Shown in pieces: positions 50,882 through 63,564 of a DNA stretch of 64,000 nt. Every line of letters starts with the position of its first letter. The first letter of the stretch is position 1. Position numbers and translations under genes: made by a program. Below the pieces are notes generated by a model that did not search any database, was not told the DNA's origin, and worked only from the letters and a program-made list of their open reading frames with translations. The stretch covers positions 214,221-278,220 of the forward strand of contig NMRA01000315.1 of NCBI GenBank assembly GCA_002633005.1, written 5' to 3'. This DNA comes from Phoronis australis. Taxonomy: Eukaryota > Animalia > Phoronida.

Positions 50882-51109
50882 CTTTGCTACTGTAGTTCAC
50901 TTTCGTGACAATCTGCAGACCACCAAGGCTAGCTGATCGTTTCCGCTTCGACGAAGTTGCATTCACACATTTTACTTCCGGTGTCATTGCAGGTCCACCA
51001 AGTGCCTGGTACTGTTCATTGATCTGTGAGTAAACTTGTTGAATGGCTTCCTCAGTACACGGGAGATCATTAACCTCTATCGTAGCGACGGCTTCTTGAT
51101 TGTCGTCAG
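50882..51109 (-). CDS. Gene B: second polybasic-site domain N-part (=A27)
   Basis: DDNQEAVATIEVNDLPCTEEAIQQVY...SSKRKRSASLGGLQIVTKVNYSSK; 228 nt as in A. Confidence 0.92.
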
Positions 51110-51511
51110 CTATAAGTGAAATTTCAATTCCGTTATCTATGCTAGTGACATAAAGCTGTTTGTACTGCCGACATGTTCTTAAGTTATGCAAGAGCCTCAT
51201 TTGACGTTGTTTAGCTTTGGTTGCTTATTCAGAAACAAATGTTGCTTTTACAACCAACATACAAAATCGAGTTTATCCTGCCAATTAATACGTTAAACTT
51301 TAGCATTCAAGAAAATTTATCCAAGCGGATTTCGATCATTTACATAATATTATAATTATGATAAACAGCTAAAGAAGAATAAGCTCTTATCCACAATTTA
51401 CACAATACTACCATTATCATTAAATGGTCAATAGAATTCACATTGTTATTACCGTAGACAGTGAAAGAACCTCTTATTATATAATGTCATAATTAAAGGC
51501 CAGAGTATTAC

Positions 51512-51730
51512 CTTCCATACACATGGGAACTTCAAATTTCTCAGAATGGTCTGCCTGCAGGGACCAAAGCCAATCACTTTCTCTTCCACAGACGTATATC
51601 CCATCCTCTGGAACATCTGAACTAAAACCATAACCGGATGAGCACGAGGCGGTGCAAGTGGTTCGGTTCTCATTCTTGCCACATATTATAGAGCCATGGT
51701 CTGGTGCCTCGAGCTGAGCTGGCTGACAAT
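51512..51730 (-). CDS. Gene B: CCP/sushi (=A26)
   Basis: CQPAQLEAPDHGSIICGKNENRTTCTASCSSGYGF...YVCGRESDWLW...VPMCME. Confidence 0.93.
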
Positions 51731-51882
51731 CTACAAATACGCGAATAACAATAGAAAGCGACCCAGAAACTTTTGGACACAAGTTGTTTACGGAGATAAA
51801 CGACCCTGAAGCTTGTATCTTTCTGATGAATTTTATTAGAGTTGCAAGCAAAATATCAAATAGAATAATATTGAGTTCTTAC

Positions 51883-52035
51883 GTGGACAGTCCTCTGTCT
51901 CGCTGCTGTCGCCAGTACAATATTCTCCACCATACACAGGTGACGGGTTGTCACATGTTCGTTTGCGTATCCTTTGACCTTCTTCGGGTCGAACACATAT
52001 GCTCCATTCGCCCCACAAACCCCAATCACCATTCA
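51883..52035 (-). CDS. Gene B: TSP1 repeat 4, 4-Cys variant (=A25)
   Basis: NGDWGLWGEWSICVRPEEGQRIRKRTCDNPSPVYGGEYCTGDSSETEDCP. Confidence 0.95.
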
Positions 52036-52299
52036 CTTGAAAGAAGTGCGAGAAACAAGAAAAGTTAAAAATTTATCGTCCTATCAAACCCTTCACACAA
52101 TGGTCACAAATGCTTAAACTCAGTTCGGTATGATATTTTAAGTATTTTGTCTTCAATTTCTGTACTTTTAATCAAGAAATAAATGCAAAAATCGTGTGCG
52201 ACGTCATCAGTGGATCCGGTGTCCACCGTTGTGTTGTTCTACACCAGCCGCTAGCCAAACTGGTCTCAAAAACTGATTCTACTGAGTGTTTTAAAAAGT

Positions 52300-52472
52300 T
52301 GCATGTGTCGAGGATGCGGTAACAGTAGTCGGACAGACAATATTTTAGTTCCAAAAGACCCTTATATCGCCCAGAAATGGCACCGGTTGGTGCGTCGGAC
52401 AGTACACGGTGGAGCAAGCGAAAACGTCAGTGGCCACGCTCTGCTCAGCCCATTGTAAAGAATCGTGTTACA
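52300..52472 (+). mobile_element. Frameshifted THAP zinc-finger fossil (THAP-type DNA transposon relic)
   Basis: CMCRGCGNSSRTDNILVPKDPYIAQKWHRLVRRT then, in another frame, ATLCSAHCKESCY: C2CH THAP signature with the conserved P and W. Confidence 0.65.
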
Positions 52473-53250
52473 ACGTTACTTTCTCATGAATTTTTGTTGA
52501 TTATTGGTTTACCAAAGAAAGATCTGCAAGATCAAATGCAGTCGCAGTATAGTTGTTCTTGAAGGTTCGATTTCTCATGAGCAGTACTCGCATGGCACAA
52601 TTGATTCATAAGGACGTGTTTGGATGTGCAAGTTTAATGAGAATGTATCAGATCTCAGTAATGACTGATCGAGTTCATATGAAACTGTCAGACACCTTGA
52701 TTTATGCATTGTTCTCCAAAGAACTGTTAGGAATGGCTACTTTTGCTTCAAGAAATTTTGCTAAAAAAGACAATGCTCACGTGATCCAATTAATAGCAGA
52801 CAGGTCTAAATGCAGTGTTTCTACTTTTATTGAGATAAGTGGCTAAATACAACGACAAGTCGACAAGGTCTTATATAACCTTAAGACGGGTACTCACAAC
52901 ATCGTTCCGTCAGCGTTTTACAATGCAACGTAGCCAGCTACTGGCAATTACCATTGGCGAACACTTTGGTTAAGCTATGTAGTTGATATGTAGCATTCTC
53001 ACGGCCGCGAGAACTCGAGTCTACAGCCAGATTTGAAACGAACGACAAAACTGCAGATCAAGAAGAGCGTTCGCACAAGATATTTTTCTGACGGCGCTGA
53101 TCCGAGATCAGAAGTTGGCATGTGGACGCTCTATCAGTGTTCCACAATGTGATCAGCACATGAGGACATTAAAGCACGGAAACAATCTAGATGATTTCAA
53201 CATTACGTTGTATGTACATAAAAGCCAACATAACAACCGATATTACTCAC

Positions 53251-53382
53251 ACATCTGTAGTTCACAGAAATTCCCTGTGAAACTTTCTTCACACAAGCAG
53301 AAGTAACCTTTCTCATTCCCAATACAGGTGGCGTTGTTAAGGCACTTGTTTTCTCGGCAGTCATGGAGAGAGCAATTTTTTC
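53251..53382 (-). CDS. Gene B: EGF 4 (=A24)
   Basis: GKNCSLHDCRENKCLNNATCIGNEKGYFCLCEESFTGNFCELQM. Confidence 0.95.
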
Positions 53383-54859
53383 CTGTCAAGAAAATTAACT
53401 CAAGTCCATTGCAAGAATATTGGTACTGCTATTAATAGACGTTTTCAGAGGAAAGCTTTGCTCATCCGAGGACGAATAAAATAAAAAATATCAACACAAC
53501 CGTGTGATGACAGCATAATATCGTTTTCAGTGTTACGGGCCATTTGATCACCCTCTTGTGAAGTACGGGATCCGCCAGTGACAACGCCAACTGAACACAT
53601 AGAGAGATACTCAGTCATTTGGCGAGTCAGCAATTGCATTATTGGAAGAAGGAGATGAAGAGCAAGGCTAATAAGAAGGACGAAGGTAAAGCAAGAGTGA
53701 GAGTTGTCTGCTTGGCAACCTCATGGCCTCGACCCAAGATTGTCACCCAGAAATACAAGACCAATGCAGATTGTTGATAACTTCACGTTACGCACATGGC
53801 AATCACCAAGCTCACAAGACAGTGCATTTAAGGTAAACACGGCTTTTTGCCTCTCGGGAGCACAGCGCTAGTCACTTGACATCTGTCAGGTGTTTTTTTT
53901 CTGCTAATACTAAACATAGTTACCGAATTTCGTCAAGTATCAATAAAGCAGAGGATGGTCTTCAGAAATCTCAATTCTCCTAGATGGCGCAGAATTAGTG
54001 GGGTTCTTTCGAAAATTTACGGGTGCCGCATTAAATTTTTAGTAAAAACATGTTTGCTAAATTTCACAAACTTCTCAAGGGGTTGACAAAAAAGACACCC
54101 AACATAAAACAGCCACCTGGGGACACACGCTGTACCCAACAGGAAAAACGTTTTATAAATATGTTAAGAACGAAATAAAAATTCACTGGAGAGCAAACAA
54201 AATACAACCACAAGAGATGGAAAGTGCCTCTCTCTCCATAAAGGAAAGGTAGCAACAAAATTTCATGAAGATTCAAGATCAGGATATTGTTAAAATAGAC
54301 ATGCCCACAAAAATCAGTGGAGAGCAAGGGAAGTTGCATTCTTTGTCATGACTGTGGAGGTCATACAGTACACGGTGTATCTAAAATACACGTAATTTGA
54401 TAGAAGTATTTTATTGCAATCCGTTCCAATGTCAACGTATAGGATTAACATTTGGAAAACTATTGACATATACGTATTGAAGGTCATATGTTTGGAAATA
54501 GAGGACTTCGAGCTTAAAATTGAAAGTCCACTGTTATACGCGTTATTGGTGGCGATATATCGCTGTTGTTCTCACGCCGATGTACGTTAGAAAATTATTA
54601 ATAATGTATCCAGTTGTTGGGTAACGAGAAGACACCGTAATCCTGACACTGGTCACGGAATAGTGACAACTTTATACTTATCCTTCCAAACCATCGCCCC
54701 CCCTCCCCCGAGAACTAGAAATATCTGAAAATGTAAGTACCATTTTTTCTCGGATTTTTACGTTAAATCCTCACGGTTGTATATTCCTCTTGACAAAACA
54801 TTTTACGAAGAAAACCACAGCATGGAATAAATGCATGACTATCAGTGCAGAAAGTTTAC

Positions 54860-54955
54860 CTGTGAAACCTAGGGGACAGTTACAGATGTAATCTGATCCG
54901 TTATTGACGCATCTTCCGTTGTTCAAACAGGGGGAGTTGTCACAAATAGGAGGAG
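54860..54955 (-). CDS. Gene B: EGF 3 (=A23)
   Basis: PPICDNSPCLNNGRCVNNGSDYICNCPLGFT. Confidence 0.95.
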
Positions 54956-55603
54956 CTGTATACAATACATAAACGAACAGTTGTTAGAATATGAACCCGC
55001 TTGCACCACAGCGCCACCAAACGACAACATTTAATTTGCACAAAGCGATACACTGCCTGTTTTCATTACATTGAACCTGGTTTTAAGTTGCTCCAAACAC
55101 GCCTTTTGTTCCAGCACAAGTGCTACATGTACATGTTCCTAAGGTAAACGTCGCGGTAGGCGCAGTTTGATTTCCTTTTGATTCATTTCAAAAGATGGTT
55201 GTCAGAACTCACTTTGAGAAATTCCAAAACCAATGGCAATTCCAATGGGATACTGCTGAAACCTGCTAATGATGTATTAAGGATCTCTTTGTTGCAACGA
55301 AACTTACCGTGGTAATAAATTATGCATTTTCTATTCCATTAACGCGACTTTCTCAAAAACCATCGGTCTCGATGTCACTTAAAAATCCACCACACTCGTC
55401 CACTTTAGATACCGTTAATTTACACTGCCTCAATCGCTGGGTTGCGTTCCTCAGGCAAATTACTTGCGAGTTATTTAGACCACGCAAGTCTCCGCGAGAT
55501 AACGCCAGCTAGGTACTATGAAAAGGAGAGAACTCTTTATCATAAATCCTGGCTTGGTATTCTTGTCCTGTACTTTCACATTAACAATGTAAAATTTACT
55601 CAC

Positions 55604-55774
55604 GTGGACATGTTTGGGTATTACACTGCCTGCTTTCGCTCAGAGGATCGCTGCAGTCGCGACCGCCATTCGACGGCAATGGGTTATCACATGACCTATT
55701 CCTTCTCTGTTCACCACCTTCACAGGAGCGGGTACACATCGTCCAGACAGACCAAGGTCCCAATCCACCGTCAA
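55604..55774 (-). CDS. Gene B: TSP1 repeat 3 (=A22)
   Basis: VDGGLGPWSVWTMCTRSCEGGEQRRNRSCDNPLPSNGGRDC. Confidence 0.97.
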
Positions 55775-56056
55775 CTGAAAACATTTCGAATTGATCACTA
55801 CTGCCAATAGATGGTTACTCAATACATGCAAGTCGATTCACCATGAATGTTATTTGTAAGATTTTGAGAAAAAATCCGCATGGCCTATGTAAATTTAGAA
55901 TACCATTTCTCAAGCGCAGGCTCGAGAATAACATTTAGTTAAAATGACATCTACATCCATCCGTTTTAGAGATTTTAAAAATCCTTACTGCGGCCGCACG
56001 GACTTTCAGTGTAGCGAAAACGTAAGACTTAGCACAGCTACAGTGTATGCTTCTAC

Positions 56057-56227
56057 CTGGACACTTATGTGTGTTGCAGATCCGCTTCTCCAGCCTCATG
56101 CCTTCGCAGGCGAGACCGCCAAATGCAGGAGGAGGGCTGTCACACGCGCGTGTCCTGTTCTGCATTCCTCCACCGCACGCGCGTGAACAATCGGTCCAGT
56201 TGGACCACTCACCCCACAGACCGTCAA
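56057..56227 (-). CDS. Gene B: TSP1 repeat 2 (=A21)
   Basis: VDGLWGEWSNWTDCSRACGGGMQNRTRACDSPPPAFGGLACEG. Confidence 0.97.
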
Positions 56228-56790
56228 CTGAAACAAAATGTTTCGTGGAAAATCCGCAACTGGAGTTAGCACATTTAATAGGATATCAAACTGTATTTTG
56301 AGAACCAGTTTACGATAATGAACAACTGGTTCTTAAAATGTACGACTCGTGCCAGGCACTGCCGCCCCTCTAACGACAACTAAAACGTACAGTTCTTTGA
56401 CGAAAAAGACAGTAACCCACAAATTGAACGTTGGATCAAGATCAGCACGTAAAGTAGTTGCTGATTGACAGCTGTTGGAATATAACGTTCACAGGAACAA
56501 CGAGCTCTATAGTGTTTTTTGTTTAACGTGAAAGATACTGATGTATCTGGTGCTAACAGAAAAGTTTAATGTGAAATTACGAAATTATGAACGGTTAATT
56601 CAATTCATTCTGTACAAGACAGTATTTACAAACTACATATTAGAAAACCAAAAAGTCCACAACCCATCCAGAATTGTTTTTGATGCCTAAAATTCCTGTG
56701 CTGTACCTTTTGTTTGAACAGCTAAACTATGGCAAACGGTGTTATACCTCAGTTATACAAAAGGTAATACGTACATTCAAACGAAAATAC

Positions 56791-56961
56791 CTGTACAGCC
56801 CTGTTGATTGCATTTTTCTTGGTCAAAATCCTGTCCGGTGCAGTCACGGCCCTCGTACATAGGTGAAGGGTTGGTGCACGTGCGTGTTCGCTGTCTCTTT
56901 CCCGAGCCACACGAAGCCGTGCATTCGGTAAAGTTCGACCATGGGCCCCATCCCCCATGGA
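56791..56961 (-). CDS. Gene B: TSP1 repeat 1 (=A20)
   Basis: VHGGWGPWSNFTECTASCGSGKRQRTRTCTNPSPMYEGRDC. Confidence 0.97.
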
Positions 56962-57380
56962 CTATAAATAAATAAGGAAATACATTATTGTTCCACAGAA
57001 CAAAACCTTCGAAATTACCGTGAACACTCTGCTGACGAACTATTCTCATACGTAAAATCAACTTCTCAAGGGGGACCAAATAAGAGGTAGCGGTCAAAGA
57101 GAGCGTCAGGTGAAACCTGAACAATAGTCCAATATCCTCAGTGTTAACAACTCCAAATGCAGTTATGAGAACTTATAGAAATATGTCAAGTCGCATAAGT
57201 GCTGCATACACCAGCTGTGGTAGTCACTTAGTCGCTATCCCCTTTAGGTGTGGACGGAGCTTGTATACTGACAGCAACTGATTTTCAAGACAACAGGATG
57301 ACGTGTCCTTACCTGAGACACCGACCAAGACCTACACCTTTACTGGTTTGTGTTATGAACAGGAATCAGAGGACACGTAC

Positions 57381-57512
57381 CTTTTTGGTGCTGACATCTA
57401 TCGCCGATAAAATCGTCAAGACAAGTGCAAATGTAGTCAACACCGTTGGCAACACAAGTTCCGTTATTCTGGCACTCGTGGAAATTGCAATCAAACTCGG
57501 TGCAGTTTTCAC
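57381..57512 (-). CDS. Gene B: EGF 2 (=A19)
   Basis: GENCTEFDCNFHECQNNGTCVANGVDYICTCLDDFIGDRCQHQK. Confidence 0.95.
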
Positions 57513-57853
57513 CTGATAAAAATCATAGATTTTAGTAAATAAGTCAACCTGATCCTGAATATGAAATGAAGGATTAATATGTGTTGATGTCACAATTCCC
57601 GTGTTTACTTTTTTTACAAGTTTTACCTGTCTCGAAGACGAAACTCTATGAGAGTTCACACACATTTAAAAATTTTCAAAATAAAGTAAACGGGTATTTC
57701 ACAGACAAAATGAAATTGAGCATTGATACCACGGTGCTATAGTTAGATAAAGCGGATTACAACTGATAGCTAAGGAAACGAGATATACGTAGGGCGACTG
57801 ACGTAAATATCGCGCAAGTAAAGAACGTGTGCCGTAAAAGTACATAAACTTAC

Positions 57854-57949
57854 CAGTGAAGCCAGAGGAGCATTCGCATCGGTAAAAATTGGTCCCGTCA
57901 ATACACAACCCGTCATTCTGGCATGGCGAAGGATCGCAATCATTAATTT
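57854..57949 (-). CDS. Gene B: EGF 1 (=A18)
   Basis: [32 protein letters not shown]. Confidence 0.95.
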
Positions 57950-59544
57950 CTGCAAGACCCATATTTTAGTTCATCAAAACAACTATAATCGAATGAATTT
58001 TCATACGACTTGGTGATACCAATACTTCACAAAATTAACCTGAGTCATTCGCCTTATACTTATCTTTTAACAAGAAATTTAATATATGAAGAGAAATCAA
58101 AATTTGGGAACTTGGGCTTCCGTCAAGAACCTTTTCATCTTAAGTTTCACAGATAGCTTTTCAAAAAACTTGTTTTCATAAATAAGCTAATTTTCTTAGG
58201 AACTTAATTATATGAAAACTTAAAGAGACATGGAAAGCGAAAACTTGTTCAAGATGGTGGTGAATTTACTTTATGGGGGAGTTATTCACTTTGTACATTG
58301 CAAGAATGCCGTCAGATTCAATACCTTTGAAATACAGATGAAAAAAAATATCTTTCATCCCAATACAGTTTTCAGATTCTCCGCCCTCAAAACATATTTG
58401 CACGCGTTCGCTCACAGAAATCGGATTGGCTGCTGTTTCGTTTACATCAAAGGTCGAAGGTCACATTTTCGATATCAGAAAAGTATGATAGGTCTACATG
58501 TATGTCACACCAAATAAGGAAAGATGCTTTGTCGCATGGGAGAAAATTAGACGAAGTGACGAGTAGCTGATAAGTCATTTTTTGAAATTGAAACCAGTGG
58601 GGAGAAATGTTTTGGCCGCAACAGGAATTACAATCCTTTACAAACAGTTTGACTTCCGTTTCAGTGGCATATAACCACTTTGAATAATGCAATTTAAGCT
58701 GTTTTTTTCTTGCACTATGCCACTTTAAGTTGTTCAGATCATAAAAGCTGAAGTTTTCATCACAACTTAAGTTTTTATGTACTCGCAAATAAAATAATCT
58801 TTTGAAGTTTCAAAAAATGAACAAAATTTCAACCTGTTTAGTTTGCTAAATCGAAAATCGAATTGGGTCTTTTACACTTATAAAATCGATCTCAAAGTAT
58901 TCCCTACCGCGTTAGGATTCTATTTGCGTTACCAACAGGAACATCGAAGCAATCTGCAACTCAATAACACGCTTCGGAGTTTATTGGAGTTCGGTAACCC
59001 TAACATCGCGAATTCGAAAACGGGCATGCATGCATCGCTTGTTTCTTGAGCTGCTAACAGAAATAAAATTCTATCTAGGTAAAAAATATCGTGAGCTCGC
59101 TTTTAACACAAGAAAAGGTGTAACGCCATTTACGTTTTCAGCCAACTAAACGGGACGAAATGCTGCTTAAAGGTAACAATTTTCATATGCACAAGGCGTT
59201 ACAGAATTTTGATGTTCCCTTTACTATAAAGCTGTCTGAGTTTGATGCCTACTTTTATTATTTCAGTTATAGCTCATGTCGAAGTCTTCACGGCCACTGA
59301 GGGATGACATTTTAAATGTCATCACGTAGCAAACAGATGCTTGAGCAGAAAATTCAATTCGTTATCAGAATCACAGTTCTTCAGTCCCAATAGTGACTCA
59401 GCAAAGTTCTCTGCTCTTTCAGCGCATATGTAGAACGCGTACACCCAACAATGTTATATTTTCCATCATTTTATCTCAGGTACAAATGTTTCTGTCAGTT
59501 GTGACATTTCCTAACAATTCTGAGAACTGAGCCCTTATGTCGAT

Positions 59545-61752
59545 ACAAGAGCAACGCAGAGCGTTGAAATGCGCCCACAATTGCACTGCATACGGTATCC
59601 TTCTAGGGTTGTTTATTGGTACCATAAAGTGGCCAGTAGAGGGCATATATGTAGTATGTTGTACTTTGCAAAATGGGAAGGCATGGTCATTGTCTCCTCA
59701 ATAGGCTAGGGGCAAAATGTGAGTGACCTTCATAATACAAGCACATCCTATACATCACTTGCTTAAAGCACCAAAGAAACATAGAACTAAAAACAAATTT
59801 ACCAACATACGAGATTAGCACAGCATTAGAATGCCAGAAACAAATTTCTACTTCGAACTTTACCTTCACAGTCACGAAGAAACACCAAGTATACACCTGA
59901 AGACCTATGAAAATACAGAGGTCAATGTAAAATACTTAAATTGCCACTAGAGGCATACCGGTAGTCAGAATCATCCTAAAGTCGTCATCGTCCGTTGTCA
60001 ACATCCCATAAATACACTTGCTAAATTTAGTAAAGATCCTGCAAACGGTTTGGGAGATACAGCCATGGGCGCAAAAAAATTGCCACTAGGAGGCGCCACA
60101 GTAATCGAAGTCATGGGAAATTCAGCGTCAACCGTCCTCTTCATAGTACGAACATACATGCCAATTTTCACAATCATACTTAGAGCGGTTTGGTTGATAG
60201 AGGGGTGAACGCCAAAAAACAGTAAGAATGGCCACTAGGTGTCGCAAACTAGATCGAATACATCCGAAAACGGGAGGATAGCGTCATCGCACTAATAGGT
60301 GCCTACATACCAAATTTCAAGAAAATCCGTTAAGGACTTGTGAAGATACAGAGGTAAACGTAAAAAAATAAAATTGCCACTAGGGGGCACACTGGTAGGC
60401 AGATCTGTCCAAAAGTCGTCATCGTCTGTTGTTAACATCATATAAATACACTTATTAAATTTCGTAAAGATCCTGCGAACGGTTTAAGAGATACAGCCAT
60501 AGGCGCAAAAAATAAACAAAACTGCCACTAGAAGGCGCCAAAGTAGTCCAAATCGTCTGAAAATCATTGTCAGCTGTCTTCTTTGTAATAAGCACATACA
60601 TGCCAATTTTCACAATCATCCTTTGAGCGGTTTGGTTGATAGAGGGGTGGACGCAAAAATACAGACTCGAAAACAGTAAAAATGGCCACTAGGTGGCGCA
60701 AACTATGTCGAATCCATCTGAAAACGGGAGGATAGCGTCATCTCACTAATAAGTGCCTACATACCAACTTTCATGAAAATCCGTTCAGGACTTTTGAAGA
60801 TACAAAGGTAAGCGTAAAAAACTAAATTTGCCAATAGGGGGCACACCGGTAGTCGGATCCGTCCGAAAGTCGTCATGTTCCGTTGCTAACATCATATAAA
60901 TATATTTACACAATTTCGTAAAGATCTTGCGAACGGTTTAGGAGATACAGCCATAGGCGAAAAAAAAACTGCCACTTGGAGGCGCCACAGTAGTCGAAAT
61001 CGTCGGAAAGTCATCGTCAATCGTCCTCTACATAGTAAGCATATACATGCCAATTTTCTCAATCATCCTTTGAGCGGTTTGGTTGATAGAGGGGTGGACG
61101 CACAAAAACAGACTCGAAAACACTAAAAATGGCCACTAGGTGGCGCAAACTATTTCGAATCCATCTGAAAACGGGAGTATAGCGTCATCTCACTAATAGG
61201 TGCCTACTGTACATACCAAATTTCATGAAAATCCGTTCAGGACTTTTGAAGATACAAAGGTAAGCGTAAAAAACTAAAATTGCCAATAGGGGGCACACCG
61301 GTAGTCGGATCCGTCCGAAAGTCGTCATGTTCCGTTGCTAACATCATATAAATATACTTACACATTTCCGTAAAGATCCTGCGAACGGTTTAGGAGATAC
61401 AGCCAGAGGCGAAAAAAATGCCACTTGGAGGCGCCACAGTAGTCGAAATCGTCTGATAGTCATCTTCAATCGTCCTCTACATAGTAAGCATATACATGCC
61501 AATTTTCTCAATCATCCTTTGAGCGGTTTGGTTGATAGAGGGGTGGACGCACAAAAACAGACTCGAAAACACTAAGTTCGCACATGCCGTCCCATTCATG
61601 AATAGAACATTATGTGCCAAATTTCATGAACGTATGTCAAAGGGTTTCGAGATAGAGCAGCGGACGTCGGACGCCGGACGCCGCCCGGACGGACGGACTG
61701 ACGGAGATGACGGCATAATGCGTCCACATATAAACATGTGGACGCATAAAAA
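59545..61752 (+). mobile_element. Non-autonomous Helentron/pearl(DINE)-type element carrying a tandem array
   Basis: Starts ACAAGAG + hairpin caacgc-aga-gcgttg + aatgcgcccaca; central ~430-455-bp tandem units; (GGAC)n-like microsatellite ~61665-61705; terminal palindrome atgcgtccacat-ataaac-atgtggacgcat followed by an A run. Confidence 0.75.
59940..61575. repeat. Higher-order tandem repeat, ~3.7 units of ~430-455 bp, each with three ~140-160-bp subunits
   Basis: Unit starts (ttgcca.tag) at ~59941, 60374, 60828, 61280; each subunit begins gccact(a/t)g or gccaatag. Confidence 0.9.
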
Positions 61753-62288
61753 TACATATGTATTAAGTTCTTAGTTTGGAGACGTGCTCGAAAAGGTCCT
61801 TGTTTATTTTCAATTTCAATTGAAATTAGTCATTCCACGTTGAGTTTATTGTGTTAAAGATACAACTTGGCGGAGCAAAGAAGATAAAATAACACAAGAA
61901 AAGACATTTCAGTTCTTGAGAAATATCATTTTTCAAAATTAAACTTTTAAGAACTCGTTAAGTGGTCCAAAAACTCAAGATTTCACAAAATTTAAGTTTA
62001 TTCTAAAATACTGTTCCAAAACACTTACATGCAAGCTTTTGTCAATTTTTTGATTGCATGCAAAAAATAATGTTTTTCCTACTAAAAATCATTGTTCATA
62101 GACCACTTCTGTTCATTATTGCAATGGTGTACAGCTGAACTTCACATACATGTACATGTTACACAATAACATTTTCATGGTTGATCATAAACTTCAGAGT
62201 TTATCGAAGCTACACCCCAAATTTATTCTTTAGAATGGTCATACACTATACGGCAAGATAGAAGAAGTAAAATCGAGCAAAACTTTAC

Positions 62289-62456
62289 CAACACATTCTC
62301 CCACGCTCTTGGATCCAGAATTAACAGAGAAGGTCCCGGCAGGGCATGGTTTACACTGAGACTGGCCCTCCAAATCTTGAAATTCTCCCATCCGGCACTC
62401 AGAACACTTTGGATACTTTCCGCTTAAATCCACAAAGTATCCAGCAGGGCACGTGC
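62289..62456 (-). CDS. Gene B: GCC2/GCC3 repeat (=A17)
   Basis: TCPAGYFVDLSGKYPKCSECRMGEFQDLEGQSQCKPCPAGTFSVNSGSKSVGECV. Confidence 0.95.
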
Positions 62457-62717
62457 CTGAAAATATGTCAAGTGAATCAATGTTGGTTTCAGTGAAATTC
62501 TGATGATGCATCTCGACGGGCTATTCCAATTACAATCGGTTCCAATGCAGCAAAATGCCAGCTTGTGAATTAGCTGGTACAACTTGCCACTTCCAAAGCA
62601 GACTTTAACGCGAAGCCCAAATGATTAGGTACTTAATCCTTAAACTAGGGGAGTTGCATAAAATGTTCCCTGTTTATTTTCAATAGTATCGAGAATTTAC
62701 CGAAGACTTCACTCTTG

Positions 62718-62877
62718 AGTTGTATCAAAATCAAAAATTGACTAAGTAATGCGACTCAGTTGTATCAAAGTCAAAAATTGACTAAGTAATGCGACTCAGT
62801 TGTATCAAAATCAAAAATTGACTAAGTAATGCGACTCAGTTGTATCAAAGTCAAAAATTGACTAAGTAATGCGAGTC
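62718..62877. repeat. 40-bp minisatellite, 4 copies
   Basis: agttgtatcaaa(a/g)tcaaaaattgactaagtaatgcgactc x4, with no spacers. Confidence 0.95.
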
Positions 62878-63564
62878 AAAGAGCATAAGAAAGGACAGCC
62901 TGTATTTGCACAAGATCATAAATACGCAGTAAATTTAGGGAACGTAATTGAGTCCCTATTTGGGACTTTTTCATGAAACTGGGCACAGATGACAGTAAGC
63001 TGAAAGATAACACGACAGCGTTTAATTTGTCGAGCGGCAACTTCCAAAATTTGACCTTAGGTTACCGGTAACTGGGGTGGCGAATTCGCACGAGTGGCCC
63101 CAAAGGACAAACGCGACTTCAAAGATAAGTTTACTTCAGGTTTCACGATTATTCTGACACTTTCTACCTAGAATTGCCGCAAACAAACCTCTCGAATATA
63201 CCAAGATGATTTCTCTAATACGTTTGGCGTCCCCAAAATGCCAGGGTTCCGAAAATGAAAATTGTCAGAGAGTTCTAAACAGAAAGAATGCTTCCTGAGA
63301 ACCAGGATATAGTTTAGTTCAGTAGGTTTTACTCATACACAAAAGATTAATTAACGGTACCATAACTACCACAAGCTCTCATAACTTGCTTGGAACATTT
63401 GTCCTTTCGTGCCAATGACAGTTTCTGTTAATAATCCTCCGAACAGTGACAATGCATTGGCGAATCTAAAATGTAGTACAGAGAGGGGCACAAAAATCCT
63501 AAAATCATTTGCCAATTTTTAAAACAGTTCGTTAGCAAGATATTACAGTAAGTACTCAACTCAC

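Noticed and set aside
62718-62877. CRISPR-like array
   Set aside because: Contiguous 40-bp units with no unique spacers, no cas genes, eukaryotic intron context.
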